Both the position numbers and the translations under genes were made by a program. Under the pieces are notes generated by a model. It had not been told where the DNA came from, searched no databases, and saw only the letters and a list, made by a program, of their open reading frames with translations. From an uncultured Planctomycetota bacterium (lineage in GTDB: Bacteria > Planctomycetota > PLA2 > JAEUHO01): 64,000 nt of DNA. This document shows positions 23,041 through 33,698 of the stretch, one piece after another. Where the stretch lies: assembly GCA_963752285.1 (NCBI GenBank), contig CAVVXN010000002.1, forward strand, positions 545,729-609,728, read 5' to 3'. The number at the start of each line of letters is the position of its first letter. Positions within the stretch are counted from its first letter, which is position 1.

Positions 23041-26000
23041 GGGTCGATCAGACCACCAGCCTCGTCACGAGCGTGGTCTGGCCGGCCGGCAATCGCACTG
23101 ACTATCAATTTGACGCAGCGCTCAACCTGCTGGAGCTTCGCCGGAAGGAGACGAACACCCCGAACCAGTCCGGCACGGACATCGTGTACTCCTACCAGTA
23201 CGGCGCGCCGTTCAACCAGAGGTCCCAGTACACGGACCCGCGGGGGAACGTGACCGTCTACCAAGTCGACGCCCAGGGGAACACCACGCAGATCCAGCGG
23301 CCCACGATCAGGTGCTCGACGCGATGGGGGATCACGACGACCTTACGCTCGACCCGAACGGGAACGTCACGACTCGGTCCCACACCGACCTTCCGGCTGG
23401 GGGCGGGAGCGAGACGTTCGTGACGGAGTTCGACTACGACGCGATCAACCGGGTGACCCAGAGGCGCGAGATCGACCGGTCGAACGGAGCCAACATCCTG
23501 ACGACGAGCTTCGGCTACGACAGCCGAAGCGACCTCACGTGGAGGCTCGACGCCGAGTCGCACCCCGTTCGCTGGACCTACGACCTCGCAAGTCGGCTCG
23601 TGACCTACGAGCGGGCGTTCCAGACGGGGCAGACGATCGAGGACTTCACGCAGGAGATCGTGGAGAGCTTCGCGTACGATGGAAACTCGCGATTGACGGG
23701 TCTCACGGACGACAACTTCAATTCCACCTCCTATCAATTCGACGCGCGAGATCGCCAGACCCGCGTCACGTACGCGGACTCCCGGTACGTGGACACGCAG
23801 TACGACCTCGACTCGAACGTCTCGCAGTGGACGGATCAGAACGGGACGGTCGTCCAGAACACTTTCGACGCGCTCGACCGGAAGACCTACGCGAGCGTGA
23901 CACGGGGGACGGGGGTGCTGGGGAGCACGTTCGAGCAGTTCAGCTACGACGCCCTCGGGAGGGCGCTCACCGCCGTCGACGACGACTTCCAGGTCGAGCT
24001 CACGTGGGACAGCGTCGGGAATCTCCTGAAGGAGCGCCAGGGCTACAACGTGCAGGGGCAGGAGAAGTGGAAGTCGGTCGCGACGACGTGGTCGGACGCC
24101 GGAAGCGTCCAGAGCATCCTCTACCCGAGCGCCTTTGCGGCGGCGCACACGCGGGACGCGATCTACCGCATGACCTCACTCCAGGACGTGGGGGCGGGGA
24201 CGAACATCGCGACCTTCACGTACCAGGGGGCGGGGCGTCTCGCCACGACCTCGAACCAGAACGGGACTTCGACCGAGTACAGCTGGGACGGCTTCGCCCG
24301 GATCCGGGATATCGACCACAAGCTCGGCGGCGGGCAGACGCTCCACAAGTTCACGTACGCCTACGACAAGGTCCACAACCGGCGGATGGAGCAGAACACG
24401 TTCGACGCCACCTGGGTCGGGACGCTGCCGCAGGCCGTCCAGACCTTCCTCGCGGCCCGCAACACCAAGGGGGACGTCTACGCCTACGACTGGGCGTACC
24501 GGCTGACGGATGTTCGCTACGACACGACGAACCCGCTCCAGGAGGTCCAGAACCCGGGGAGCCAGGCGTTCGTGAAGAACACCCAGTACGTCATGGACGG
24601 CCTCGGGAACCGGAGCCAGGTCCTGACCTCCCCGCCGACCCCGCCCTCGACGGTGACGTATGCTTCCGACGTGGTGAACCAGTACACCCAGGTCGGCGGC
24701 GTTACGCGGACCCACGACAACAATGGGAACCTGACCGACGACGGGACCTACCTCTTCGCGTACGACTTTGAGAACCGGCTGGTCGAGGTGAAGCTGAAGT
24801 CCACGCAGGCGCTCGTCGCGACCTACCGCTACGACGCGCTCGGGCGGCGGGTCGAGAAGGCCGTCTCGGGCGGCGCGACGACCCGCTACGTACTCGACGG
24901 CCAGCAGGTGATCGAGGAGTACGACGGGCAGGACGTCTGGCAGGCTCGCTACGTCTACGAGGACGGGATCGACCACCCGCGCGTCATGGACCGGGCCGAC
25001 CAGGCGGACGTGAACGGGAACCAGAACACGAGCGAGGTGCTCCGGTTCACGTACCACCAGCAGGCGCTGGGGTCGGTGACCGAGATCTCGGAGCCGGGCG
25101 GGAGCGTCGTTGAGTGGGTGGCCTATGGCGCGCATGGATCACCGACAGTCTATGATGGCAGTGGCCAAGCCGTCGGTCAAAGTCCCATTGGGAACCCCTA
25201 TCTGTACCGAGGGAAGGAATATGACCAGGAGACTGGGTTGTACGCAACGGACCGCGGGGCATATGACCCTGCCACTGGCCGGCTACTGCAGCTCTGCGGT
25301 GATGAAGAAGGTGGCAATGACAAGAAGGAGAAAAAGACGATCAAAAAGTGGAAGTACCAGACTGTGATCGTGACGATTCAGGCCTCAAACGATCTTGCCC
25401 AGGATTCAGATGATGAGCGCGCCTATCGTCCCGACCGGGCCGCTCGCGACCCAGAGACGTATGCACCTCGCCCAGAGCCTGCAAGAGGGGACACGCCTGG
25501 CGAGACAGGCCCCTCTAAGACGGACGTGCCAGTCACGGACGAACAGAAGAAGGATGGCATCAAGAAGATTACGCGGTATGAATTCGTGCGGAGAGAAGAG
25601 AAAGGTGACGTAGTCATTGAGCATCATAGGGTAGTGCTGGTCATTATCATTGAGCAGGATCCGGGGATTCTGTCTAGGGATTCACGCAATAGAGCCAAGG
25701 ACGCTCAGAAGGCAGCAACGGACGCGGCGAAAGAGTTCTGGGACAAGGAAGACTCCAAGGGGCATGAGGCGGACGAGGGGACGTTCAGAGTCTTTATGTA
25801 CGTCGGGCATCAGACTGGAGCAGATGTGGCGGATTTGCAGAGTTGGGCTAACGACGGCTACGCGGTCGTGGTCTACTCGTGCAACCCCGCGGACGATAAC
25901 CCGGACGGATACCCCCCGCTCACGGATTACGTCGAGGACAATGCTTGGCACGTGCCGGGTAACTCGGTGGCGCCGATTAACTCGGCAGCCGGGGATATAC

Positions 26001-26185
26001 TAAACGGCATACTCTGGGGTGGCGCCAACGAGAACGGGGAGCCGGCTGCGCTGGCGGGTAAGGCGAATAGCGATGCCGCCGTGACATTGGGGAATCAACC
26101 AGCGCCGCCCGAGAGCGTTCACGAACCCGCGGCCCCGTACTTCCTCCCGCCGGGCGATCACAGTAACATGCCGAGTTACAGGTAG
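23037..26185 (+). pseudogene. 5'-truncated RHS/YD-repeat protein with variable C-terminal domain
   Basis: Many YD repeats (YDALGRR, YDFENRL), GNPYLY.G.EYD.ETGLY; frame break near 23305; composition shift near 25110. Confidence 0.85.
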
Positions 26186-26235
26186 GCATTCTGGTGAGGA
26201 AGTTCCTGGGTCCGCTCACGGGGAGGTGCCTGAGG

Positions 26236-26413
26236 CTGGGGCTCCTTCGCCTGCGTGACACGATGCGCTATCCGGCCACGCCGTTCTGGGGGACTGTGCA
26301 ATGCCGTTGCTCAACACCCCGCCGGTAAGCCGTGTGCGGGAGAACCGCACGCAAGGTTTGAAGGGGGGGGGCGAAACCCACTCAACGGGTGGGCGAACAG
26401 AGGAGCTACCAGT
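26236..26413 (+). mobile_element. Group II intron 3' relic (IEP tail, domain V, domain VI)
   Basis: DV-like AAGCCGTGTGCGG-GAGAA-CCGCACGCAAGGTTT at 26327-26359 followed by GAAGGGGG; upstream reads LGLLRLRDTMRYP. Confidence 0.75.
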
Positions 26414-27566
26414 GGACCAGACTTCCACTCGTCGCCTGGTTGCGGTCGGTGCACTGCTGATACTGGGCTCGGCGGGGGCCCTAGTTCTGCTCGCCTCGAT
26501 TGGAGAGCGAAGGGGCGAGGGTGTACAGGACGAAGGGCGCCTGCCTGATGTGGGCACTCCGCGCTTGCGCGGCTCTCCAGGTAACCATCCTCGGGGTGAT
26601 GGTGCCACAGGAGCACAGGTACCCGTTCTAGAGAAGGCCGACGAGCGAACCGTCTCGCTCTGCGGTAGAGTCGTGGATCAGGAGTCCGGCTCTGCAGTCG
26701 AGGGGGCTGTGATCTATGTGGACCCCGCCGTCACGTCTGACGAGCCCCGTGCCCTTGGTCTATTGGACATCTCAAGCCCTCCAGTGGCCGTTGAGCCGAA
26801 TGTCGTTAGCATCGGGTCCCTCGTGCGTAGCGGCTCGATAACCGACGCTCGCGGAGCTTTTTGCTTCGATGTTGGGGTGTCTCCGGGCTTCGTAGTCGCA
26901 TTTGACGCTGATCATGTGGCGAAGATTGCACGCGTGTTCCCCGGTCCTGGGGAGATGATAATCGCCTTGGAGCGCGGGGGATCCCTGCGCGGACACGTGA
27001 GCTCATCGCAGGGCTATTCCTTGCCCGGCGCGCGAGTGTATATTCGTCCGCTGCGGAGAGATTACGATGCTACGTTTGGGCGGTTCGTCGTAGCGGATGC
27101 CGAAGGCGCCTTCATAGCAAGGGGGCTAGATCCGGGAGAATATCGGGTCCGAGTTACGATAGGGTGCTGTGAGCGTATTGTCAATGTCATAGTGAGGCGC
27201 GGGGAGGTAAGCCAAGCCGGCCTTAGCTTGAGCCGCGTGGTGGTAGTTCGGGTGAGCGTCTACGGCGGGTTCGAGCAGCCACCTCGTAACGCCGAGGTTG
27301 CTTGGTCGGTGGGGGCGAACAGGCCGGAGTCGAGTCGGAGACTGGAATTGCGTCCTGCACTTGACGGTCGTGGCGCGCCTCGCGGCGGGGCCATCCGCCG
27401 TCTAGATTCCCAGAATTGGTGCATAGGGCTCGGAGATGCGATAGGTCCCGTGCACTTGAGGCTGTACGTCCCAGGATATCGGCCGGTCGAGCGAGTTCTT
27501 GCTGAGGGCGAGTCGGCGTCCGGACGGATCGACTGGAGTGTGCCCCTTGTGCCCGAGGGGGAGTAG
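26412..27566 (+). CDS. Membrane-anchored carboxypeptidase-regulatory-like domain protein
   Basis: AGGAG 6 nt before GTG 26412; TM helix; GRVVD..SG..VEGA, TDARGAF, GLDPGEYRV. Confidence 0.7.
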   Translation: MDQTSTRRLVAVGALLILGSAGALVLLASIGERRGEGVQDEGRLPDVGTPRLRGSPGNHPRGDGATGAQVPVLEKADERTVSLCGRVVDQESGSAVEGAVIYVDPAVTSDEPRALGLLDISSPPVAVEPNVVSIGSLVRSGSITDARGAFCFDVGVSPGFVVAFDADHVAKIARVFPGPGEMIIALERGGSLRGHVSSSQGYSLPGARVYIRPLRRDYDATFGRFVVADAEGAFIARGLDPGEYRVRVTIGCCERIVNVIVRRGEVSQAGLSLSRVVVVRVSVYGGFEQPPRNAEVAWSVGANRPESSRRLELRPALDGRGAPRGGAIRRLDSQNWCIGLGDAIGPVHLRLYVPGYRPVERVLAEGESASGRIDWSVPLVPEGE

Positions 27567-27880
27567 GAGTGATCGGAGTTGCGTGTCAATCCCTTCTGGA
27601 GACTTCTGCCGAGTACTCGAACATCCGGGCCGCGGATCTCCCGCCGCGATGACGGCCGTGGCGTGTGTAAGCGTGGCGGCGGCGCCCCCCAGTCGCGCCG
27701 ACCGGGCATGGGACCCCCGGTGTCGGGTTCCTCCTCCTCGATGTCGTCAGGCGCTGCACACGCCGCAGCGCGCAGCTCGGTTGGCGGCGAGGCGGGCGGC
27801 ACGAGCTTCGCGGCGGTGAGTGGCGCGGAGGTCGAGAATGTGTCCCCGGCTCCGAATGCGCGTCCTGGCCCAGCCACCGG

Positions 27881-27951
27881 TCACGTAGAGCCGCATGAAA
27901 CGGCCTCGCGGAGGCGGAGAGAGTGTTTCGCATGTGGGTTGCGAATGGGGA
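27881..27951 (+). repeat. Non-coding repeat type 1, copy 1
   Basis: 65/71 identical to 35192-35262; ends GAATGGGGA. Confidence 0.9.
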
Positions 27952-27980
27952 GCCACCTCTTCGCAGAAGGCGCCTTGGCG

Positions 27981-28200
27981 GCCGAGAGCACGCCGAGAGC
28001 GCCGGCGCCGGGCGTCCCCCGCAGGGGCCAGAACTTCGCGGGTTCGCGACCCTCGGCCGCCGACCCACGCACGCGACGCGACCCGCCGCTCAACGCACGG
28101 ACTCTACGCTCTCCTCTCAGACTCTCGGTCGCGGGTGGAGAGGACCCGGACGTTTGACTCAGGTGTATGGAATGGGGTCCATTCCACATTCGAAATGGAG
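27981..28200 (+). repeat. Non-coding repeat type 2, copy A (empty IS target)
   Basis: Aligns with 32166-32320 plus 33829-33905 and with 61554-61766. Confidence 0.9.
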
Positions 28201-28525
28201 TGCTGCCGTCCTCGCCCGTGTGGCGCGCCACTCGCGAAGCGTCCCGAAGAGGGCACGCTCCTCAGGCGCGAGGTCGGCCGTCACGTCCGAGGGCGGGGGC
28301 CGGCCCGCGATTCGAGGCGCGCTCGCTTCGCCGGAGGCCGTGGCCACCGGGAGCGGCGGCTCCTGGTAGGTGATCAGGCAGGCGAGGTGGGGCAGGTCGT
28401 GGACGGTGAAGAAGTGCTCGCGCACGGCGAGGATCTCCTTGTCGCGCACGAAGTCGGCCAGCGGGCGCTCGTCGAAGCCGCCGAGCGCGGCGGCACACTG
28501 CAGCGTCAGGACCTTCACTCGCATG
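28200..28525 (-). pseudogene. HRDC-domain DGR accessory-like protein, 3'-truncated
   Basis: MRVKVLTL..GGFDERPL..VREHFF..L.PEERALFGTLREWR, cut by the repeat. Confidence 0.65.
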
Positions 28526-28653
28526 GCGGGCTTGCGGGAGAATAGGGCGTGTCCATCCTTCCGGCCCCCCCTACGCATCCTTCCCGCCGACCAGCCAGAG
28601 AACCTCCTCGGAGCGTCCCACGGGCGGCGGGAAAGAGGTGAAGTGATGAAGCC

Positions 28654-31600
28654 CTACGGGGTGACGGGCCTGGCGGGGCGGACGCCGAGGTTGTTGTCGC
28701 GGTCCCCCGGGTCGTCCCCGTCCCGGGCCGCGGAGCGCGCGTTCCCGGCGACGTTGATCCACGACCCGCCACGGAGCACGCGGAAGCCGGAGCCCTGCTG
28801 CACGAGCGGGTCGGTCGTCGGGCCCCGAGCGTACGCATGGGGCGAGTAGACGTCGCGGCACCACTCCCAGACGTTCCCGTGCACGTCGAACAGTCCGAAG
28901 GCGTTCGGCGCGAAGGACCCGGCCGGAGCGTGCACGCTGTGCCCGTCGTCCACCTCGGGCGTCACGGCGAACGTCGCCCCCCCGTGCCCCTTCAGCCAGG
29001 CGTCGGCGACGTTGGCGACCTCGCCCAGCTTCGAGACATCCCGGCCCGTGAACCAGGGCGTGTCCGTCCCCGCCCGGCAGGCGTACTCCCGCTGGGCCTC
29101 CGTGGGGAGCACGAGGCGGTTTCGCGACAGCCAGAGATCGCAGTCCTCCCATGAAACCTGCTCGACCGGGTTCCGGCCCGTGAGCGGCTTGTCGCCGAGC
29201 GTCTGCCCCGCCTTGTAGCGGCTCGGGTCCAGCCCTCCCGTCATCTCCTTCCACTCGGCCTGCGTGCACTCGTACTTCGACAGGAAGAAGGGCGAGAGCG
29301 TCACCTCGTGGACGGGCGACTCGTCGTCCTCGGCCTCGGGGGCGTAGTTCGGCCCGTCCTTGTCCTTCTTCTGCGCGCCCATCTGGAACGTCCCCCCCGG
29401 GATCAGGACCAGCACGACCGCGGCGTCCTCCTCCGGGACGAGGTGCCCCTTCTCGTCCCGCGTGGGGAATCGAGCCCGAGCCCAGCTGCGCAAACTCGAA
29501 GAGGTGGGAGTCCGGGATCCTCGCCCAACGGGACGAGCCCGAGCTGCCGCGTGATCACACAGGCCCCCGTACTTCGGGGAGGCCTTGATCGCCTCGATCG
29601 TCCGCTTCCACTCCTGCTCGTGGTCCTCGATCGAACGCTCGGCGGAGCGCGGTCACGAAGTCGCGGCGCTTCTCGATGTCGGCGAGGAAGCCGCCCTTTC
29701 CCCGCGCTCCCGCCCCCGTCGAGCCGGTCGAGACCCGCCAGCAGGTCCACGAGCACCTGGTGCTGCCAGTCCACCTGCGGGTCCTCGAAGGTCCAGGATT
29801 GTCGCTCCTCGAGCCCGGTCTCGAGCCTCGCCACCTCCTTCCTCACCGCCTCGGCCTGCTCGTCGAGCGCCTTCTTCTTCGCCTCGGCGTCGTCGCCCTC
29901 GATCTTTGCCTTTGCGGCCTCGATCTCCTCCAGGCGTTTCTTCCCCGTCTCGATCGGCCTTCGGTCCGCCTCGTGGTCCTTGGCCTTCGCTTCGTCCGTG
30001 TAGGGGAGGGCCTGCTCCCGGATCGCGGCGAGGCGCGTCTGATGGTCCCCGCGGCGTGCGAGGACGTCCTTGGTGCGCCTCGATCCAGGCCTCCATGTCG
30101 TGGGCCTTCTCGGGCACGAGCGGCCAGAGCCGGTCTGCCTCGGCCACGAGGTCGGCGACCTTCTTGGAGTCTGCGAGGCGGGCGATCTCGTCGTAGGCGC
30201 GGGTCTTCTCATCCAGGGCTCTGGTTTTCGCGTCGCGTTCAGTTGCAACCTGTTCGAGGGCCTTCGGCCTTCGCGTCGCGCTCCTGGTTCGCCCGGTCGC
30301 GTTCCTTGCCGACCTCCACGAGCGCCTCGGCCTTCTCCGACAGCGCCGCCTCGGTCGCGTGCTTCGCTTCGACCGCCTCCGTCCGCGCCTTCTCCGCCTC
30401 CTTCCTCTTGGCGTTGATTACCGTCGTCACCACGAACGCCGCCACCGCCACGACCGCCAGCGCGACGACCCCGACCCGTCGTAGCGTCCGCCGCGTGCTC
30501 GCCCGCTCCCGCTCCCGGATCGCTGTCTCCCGAAGCGCCTGCGCCCGCTCGGTGAGCGCCCTGGCCCGCCTGTCCGCCCGGCCGCTTCGCTCTCCGCCTG
30601 GGCCAGCGCCGCCGCCGCCCGGTCCACCTGTTGGAGCCTCGCTTCGCCCGTGAGGCGCTCGGCGGACTCCAGCGCCGTGCGGGCGTCCCGGAGCAGCCCC
30701 TCCCGCTCCCGCTCCGCGGCGTCCTCGACCTGCCAGGCCCGGACCGCCTTCGCCATCTCCTCGGCCGAGGCGGGCCGCGCCTCCTTCTCCCGCGCGAGCG
30801 CCTTGGCTGAGAGCGAGGAGAGGGCCTCCGGCACCGAGGGATCCACCTCGCGGGCCTCAGGCGGGTCCTTCCGGAGCAGCAGCGCCGCGTACTCCGCGTA
30901 GGAGCGGAACGCGAACGGCAGCCGCCCCGTCAGGATCTCGTAGAGCATCGCCCCCAGGCTGTAGACGTCGCTTCGCTGGTCCACCTCCGCGAGCCTTCCC
31001 AGCGTCGCCTCGGGCGACATGTAGCCCGCCGTCCCGATCGCGCCCCCCTCCATCGTGTGGAAGCCCGCGTCGTGGCGCATCTCCTCGACGCGCTCCTGCC
31101 AGGCCGAGGAGGCCACGTCCTCCTTCCCCTCCAGCCGCGCGAGGCCCCAGTCGAGCAGCACCACCTCGCCGTACTGGCCGAGAGCGACGTTCGCGGGCTT
31201 CAGGTCCCGGTGGACGACCCCCTTGTCGTGGGCGTAGCGCAGCGTGTCGCAGACCTTGAGGAAGGGCTCCAAGAGCGCGAGCCGCTCCTCGATCGGGACG
31301 CCCTTCTTGTCCCGGATCGCGTCGGCGAGCGTTCGTTCTCCGCGCACGTAGCGCATCGTGTAGTAGGGAATGCCGGTCGGCGTCTGGCCGATCTCGTAGA
31401 CGGGTACGATCCCGGGGTGCTCCAGACCCCCCGTGACCCACGCCTCCTGGACCAGCCGGGCCTTCAACTGTTCGAAGACCTCCGACTCGGGCGTGTCCTT
31501 CCCGGGCTTGGAGGCGTCCAGCGGGTGCGACGGCGTCGCCTCGTCCTTGCCGCGCTCGGCATGGGGCCGAACCATCTTGAAGGCCACCCGGCGGTTCATC

Positions 31601-32040
31601 TCCGTGTCGATGGCCGCGTAGACGACCCCCATCCCGCCGATGCCCGCGGCCTCGAAGCCCACGTAGCGGTCCGCGGGCAGGGAGCGCAGCGGCGCACGGA
31701 TGGGGACGCCCAACACCGAGAGGGCGCGCGTCAGGTTCGCCCCGCCGTGGCCCAGCGCCAGGTGGATCGAGCGGTCCAGGCCGCCGTGGCGGGTGAGGGC
31801 GACCTGTGCGTCCCCCCCCGCTTCGCCCACGAGTCGCTCGACCTCGGCGCGGATTCGGGCGAGCGCGTCGTCGGACAGCCGCGCGATGTGGGCGAGCTCC
31901 GACCCGAAGGACGCGCCCGGTTCATCCCGCCGTGGCCAGTAGCGCATCAGGGCCGCCGCGACGTCATGCGCCTCGGCGACGCCCAGCATCAACGCCGCGT
32001 CGGCCGCGAGCAACTCACGGAACTCCCTGCCGGCTTCCAT
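28654..32040 (-). pseudogene. Ser/Thr kinase - TM - coiled coil - FGE-sulfatase (CLec) protein, multiply frameshifted
   Basis: GIGGMGVVY, HRDLKPAN, DWGLA, GTAGYMSPE; IPGGTFQMG, LPTEAQREYACRAG, PNAFGLFDVHGNVWEW, RVLRGGSW; domains in different frames between about 29480 and 30600. Confidence 0.85.
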
Positions 32041-32165
32041 CCCATGCCCTCCGAAGCCACAGGAGGATACCGACCGGGACTCCGAGAAGGACACGCCCTG
32101 GCACGCCGAGGCCCAGGCCCGCTCCTGCGCAGCCCAGAGCGGCAGGTCGGCCAGGGCACGTAGCA

Positions 32166-32320
32166 CCGCGAGAGGCCGGAGATCAGGCGGAAAGGCCGGC
32201 TTCGGCGAGGCGCCCGCAGAGGCCAGAACTTCGCGGGTTCGCGGCCCTCAGCCGCCGACCCACGCACGCGAGGCGACCCGCCGCTCAACACACGGATTCT
32301 ACGCACTCCTCTCGAACTCT
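32166..32320 (+). repeat. Non-coding repeat type 2, copy B left part (interrupted by IS)
   Basis: Homology to copy A stops at GAACTCT 32320 and resumes at 33829. Confidence 0.9.
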
Positions 32321-32394
32321 GATGTGGCCCCCGCTGTCAAGGGCGTTCTCGCTTGTCAATCCTGCTCGTCAGGGGGGCGCCCGTTCGCGAGGAA

Positions 32395-32575
32395 GGGAGA
32401 CCGGGGAGGAGCGTTCGACAGCGTGACACTCTGATGTGCGCGGATCGGAACCGCATTCAAGCACTTCGTCGGGAGAGTCCTCAATCTCTGGCCGCGAATG
32501 CGCCGGCCGAAGCCGAAGCTCGCACAGAGTTCGCGAGGGTTTCTCCAACGTCAACGCCTCCCCGGTCTCGAACTC
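32395..32575 (-). ncRNA. Predicted bridge/seek RNA of the IS
   Basis: 13-bp closing IR 32397-32409 / 32557-32569, nested stems, loop segments matching target flanks and IS ends. Confidence 0.75.
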
Positions 32576-32579
32576 GTGT

Positions 32580-33698
32580 TCAGGCTCGTGGCGCGCGAGC
32601 AGCCAGGTGCTGCTCCTCGCCACCCATCAGGGCCCACGCGAACCCAGCCAGTTCGCGGGCGACCGCCACCGCGGCTTTCGTGGAGGCGAGCCGCGACTCC
32701 AGCTGCTGGAAGCGCCGGTACAACCTTCGCTGCGCCCGCAGCGCGTGCAGCCGCACCGGTTCGGGCTGTCCCTCGAGACGCGACTCGAGGTCCCTGCCGA
32801 CGCGGGGCGGGTGGCGGCACTGCCAGGCGGCTTCGACGAGAACCCGGCGGCAGGCGGCGTTGCCAGCTTTCGTGATGCCGCCTCGCTTCTCCCTGCCGGC
32901 GGAGGAGTGCTCGCTCACGTTGAGGCCGAGCCAGGCCATGAACGAGCGCGCCGTCGGGAACCGCCGTACGTCGCCGATCTCGGCGGCGAGCGTCATCGCC
33001 GTGAGGACCTTCACGCCGCGTAGCGTGCAGAGACGCCCCACGACGTCGCTCCACGGCTCCTCCTTGGCGATCTCGCCCAGCCTGTCGTCCAGGCGCTTGC
33101 GCAGGAACAGCTTGTGCTCGAGGAGATCGACGTACATAGCCAGCGTCAGGGTGTCCTCGCCCGCCAGCTCGATGCTTCGGAGCCACTTCCAGAACGAGTT
33201 GGTCCAGTTCGTGCCCGCACGATACGAGTGGCCCCTACTCTGCAGGAGCTTCAGGATGTAGTGCCGCGACGCGAGGATCTCGCGAGTGAGGGCGTAGCGC
33301 GCACGCACCAGGGAGCGCACGCGCTCCTCTTCCTCCGTCGGAACCCGGATCGCGGTGAGCTCGCCCGCACGAAACAGATGGGCGAGCCTGGCGGCATCGC
33401 GTCGGTCGGTCTTGAGGCGCTCTCCGGGCCGACGGGGGATCAGGCTCGGCGCGATCACCTCGCACGCGAAGCCCCACTTGGTCATGGAACGCTGCAGCAC
33501 GTAGCCGCAGGAACTGGCTTCGTAACAGGCGTGTACCGGCCCCACCTTCCCGACCGATCGGAAAAAGCGCCGCAGTCGCGCCGGGTCGTTGGCCATCGTC
33601 TCGATTCGACGACACTCCGGCGCCCCCTCCGGGAGGACGGCCAACGTCACCGTGTCCTGGTGGAGATCGACGCCAACGAACTGGGTAGGCTGATGCAT
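32580..33698 (-). CDS. IS110-family transposase/recombinase
   Basis: DEDD RuvC motifs VGVDLH, CYEA, KTDRRDA; C-terminal GL..SEHSSAG, ARELAGF; GAGGAGG RBS. Confidence 0.95.
   Translation of the reverse strand: MHQPTQFVGVDLHQDTVTLAVLPEGAPECRRIETMANDPARLRRFFRSVGKVGPVHACYEASSCGYVLQRSMTKWGFACEVIAPSLIPRRPGERLKTDRRDAARLAHLFRAGELTAIRVPTEEEERVRSLVRARYALTREILASRHYILKLLQSRGHSYRAGTNWTNSFWKWLRSIELAGEDTLTLAMYVDLLEHKLFLRKRLDDRLGEIAKEEPWSDVVGRLCTLRGVKVLTAMTLAAEIGDVRRFPTARSFMAWLGLNVSEHSSAGREKRGGITKAGNAACRRVLVEAAWQCRHPPRVGRDLESRLEGQPEPVRLHALRAQRRLYRRFQQLESRLASTKAAVAVARELAGFAWALMGGEEQHLAARAPRA

Noticed and set aside
27600..27860. Possible degenerate IS91-like transposase tail on the minus strand (KLVPP, RRDW, RVLG)
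   Set aside because: Too decayed to support without a search
32566..32575. TCTCGAACTC identical to the left flank (10 nt)
   Set aside because: Lies in or next to the outer stem and is complementary to the proposed guide; may be an alternative fold, not called as a guide
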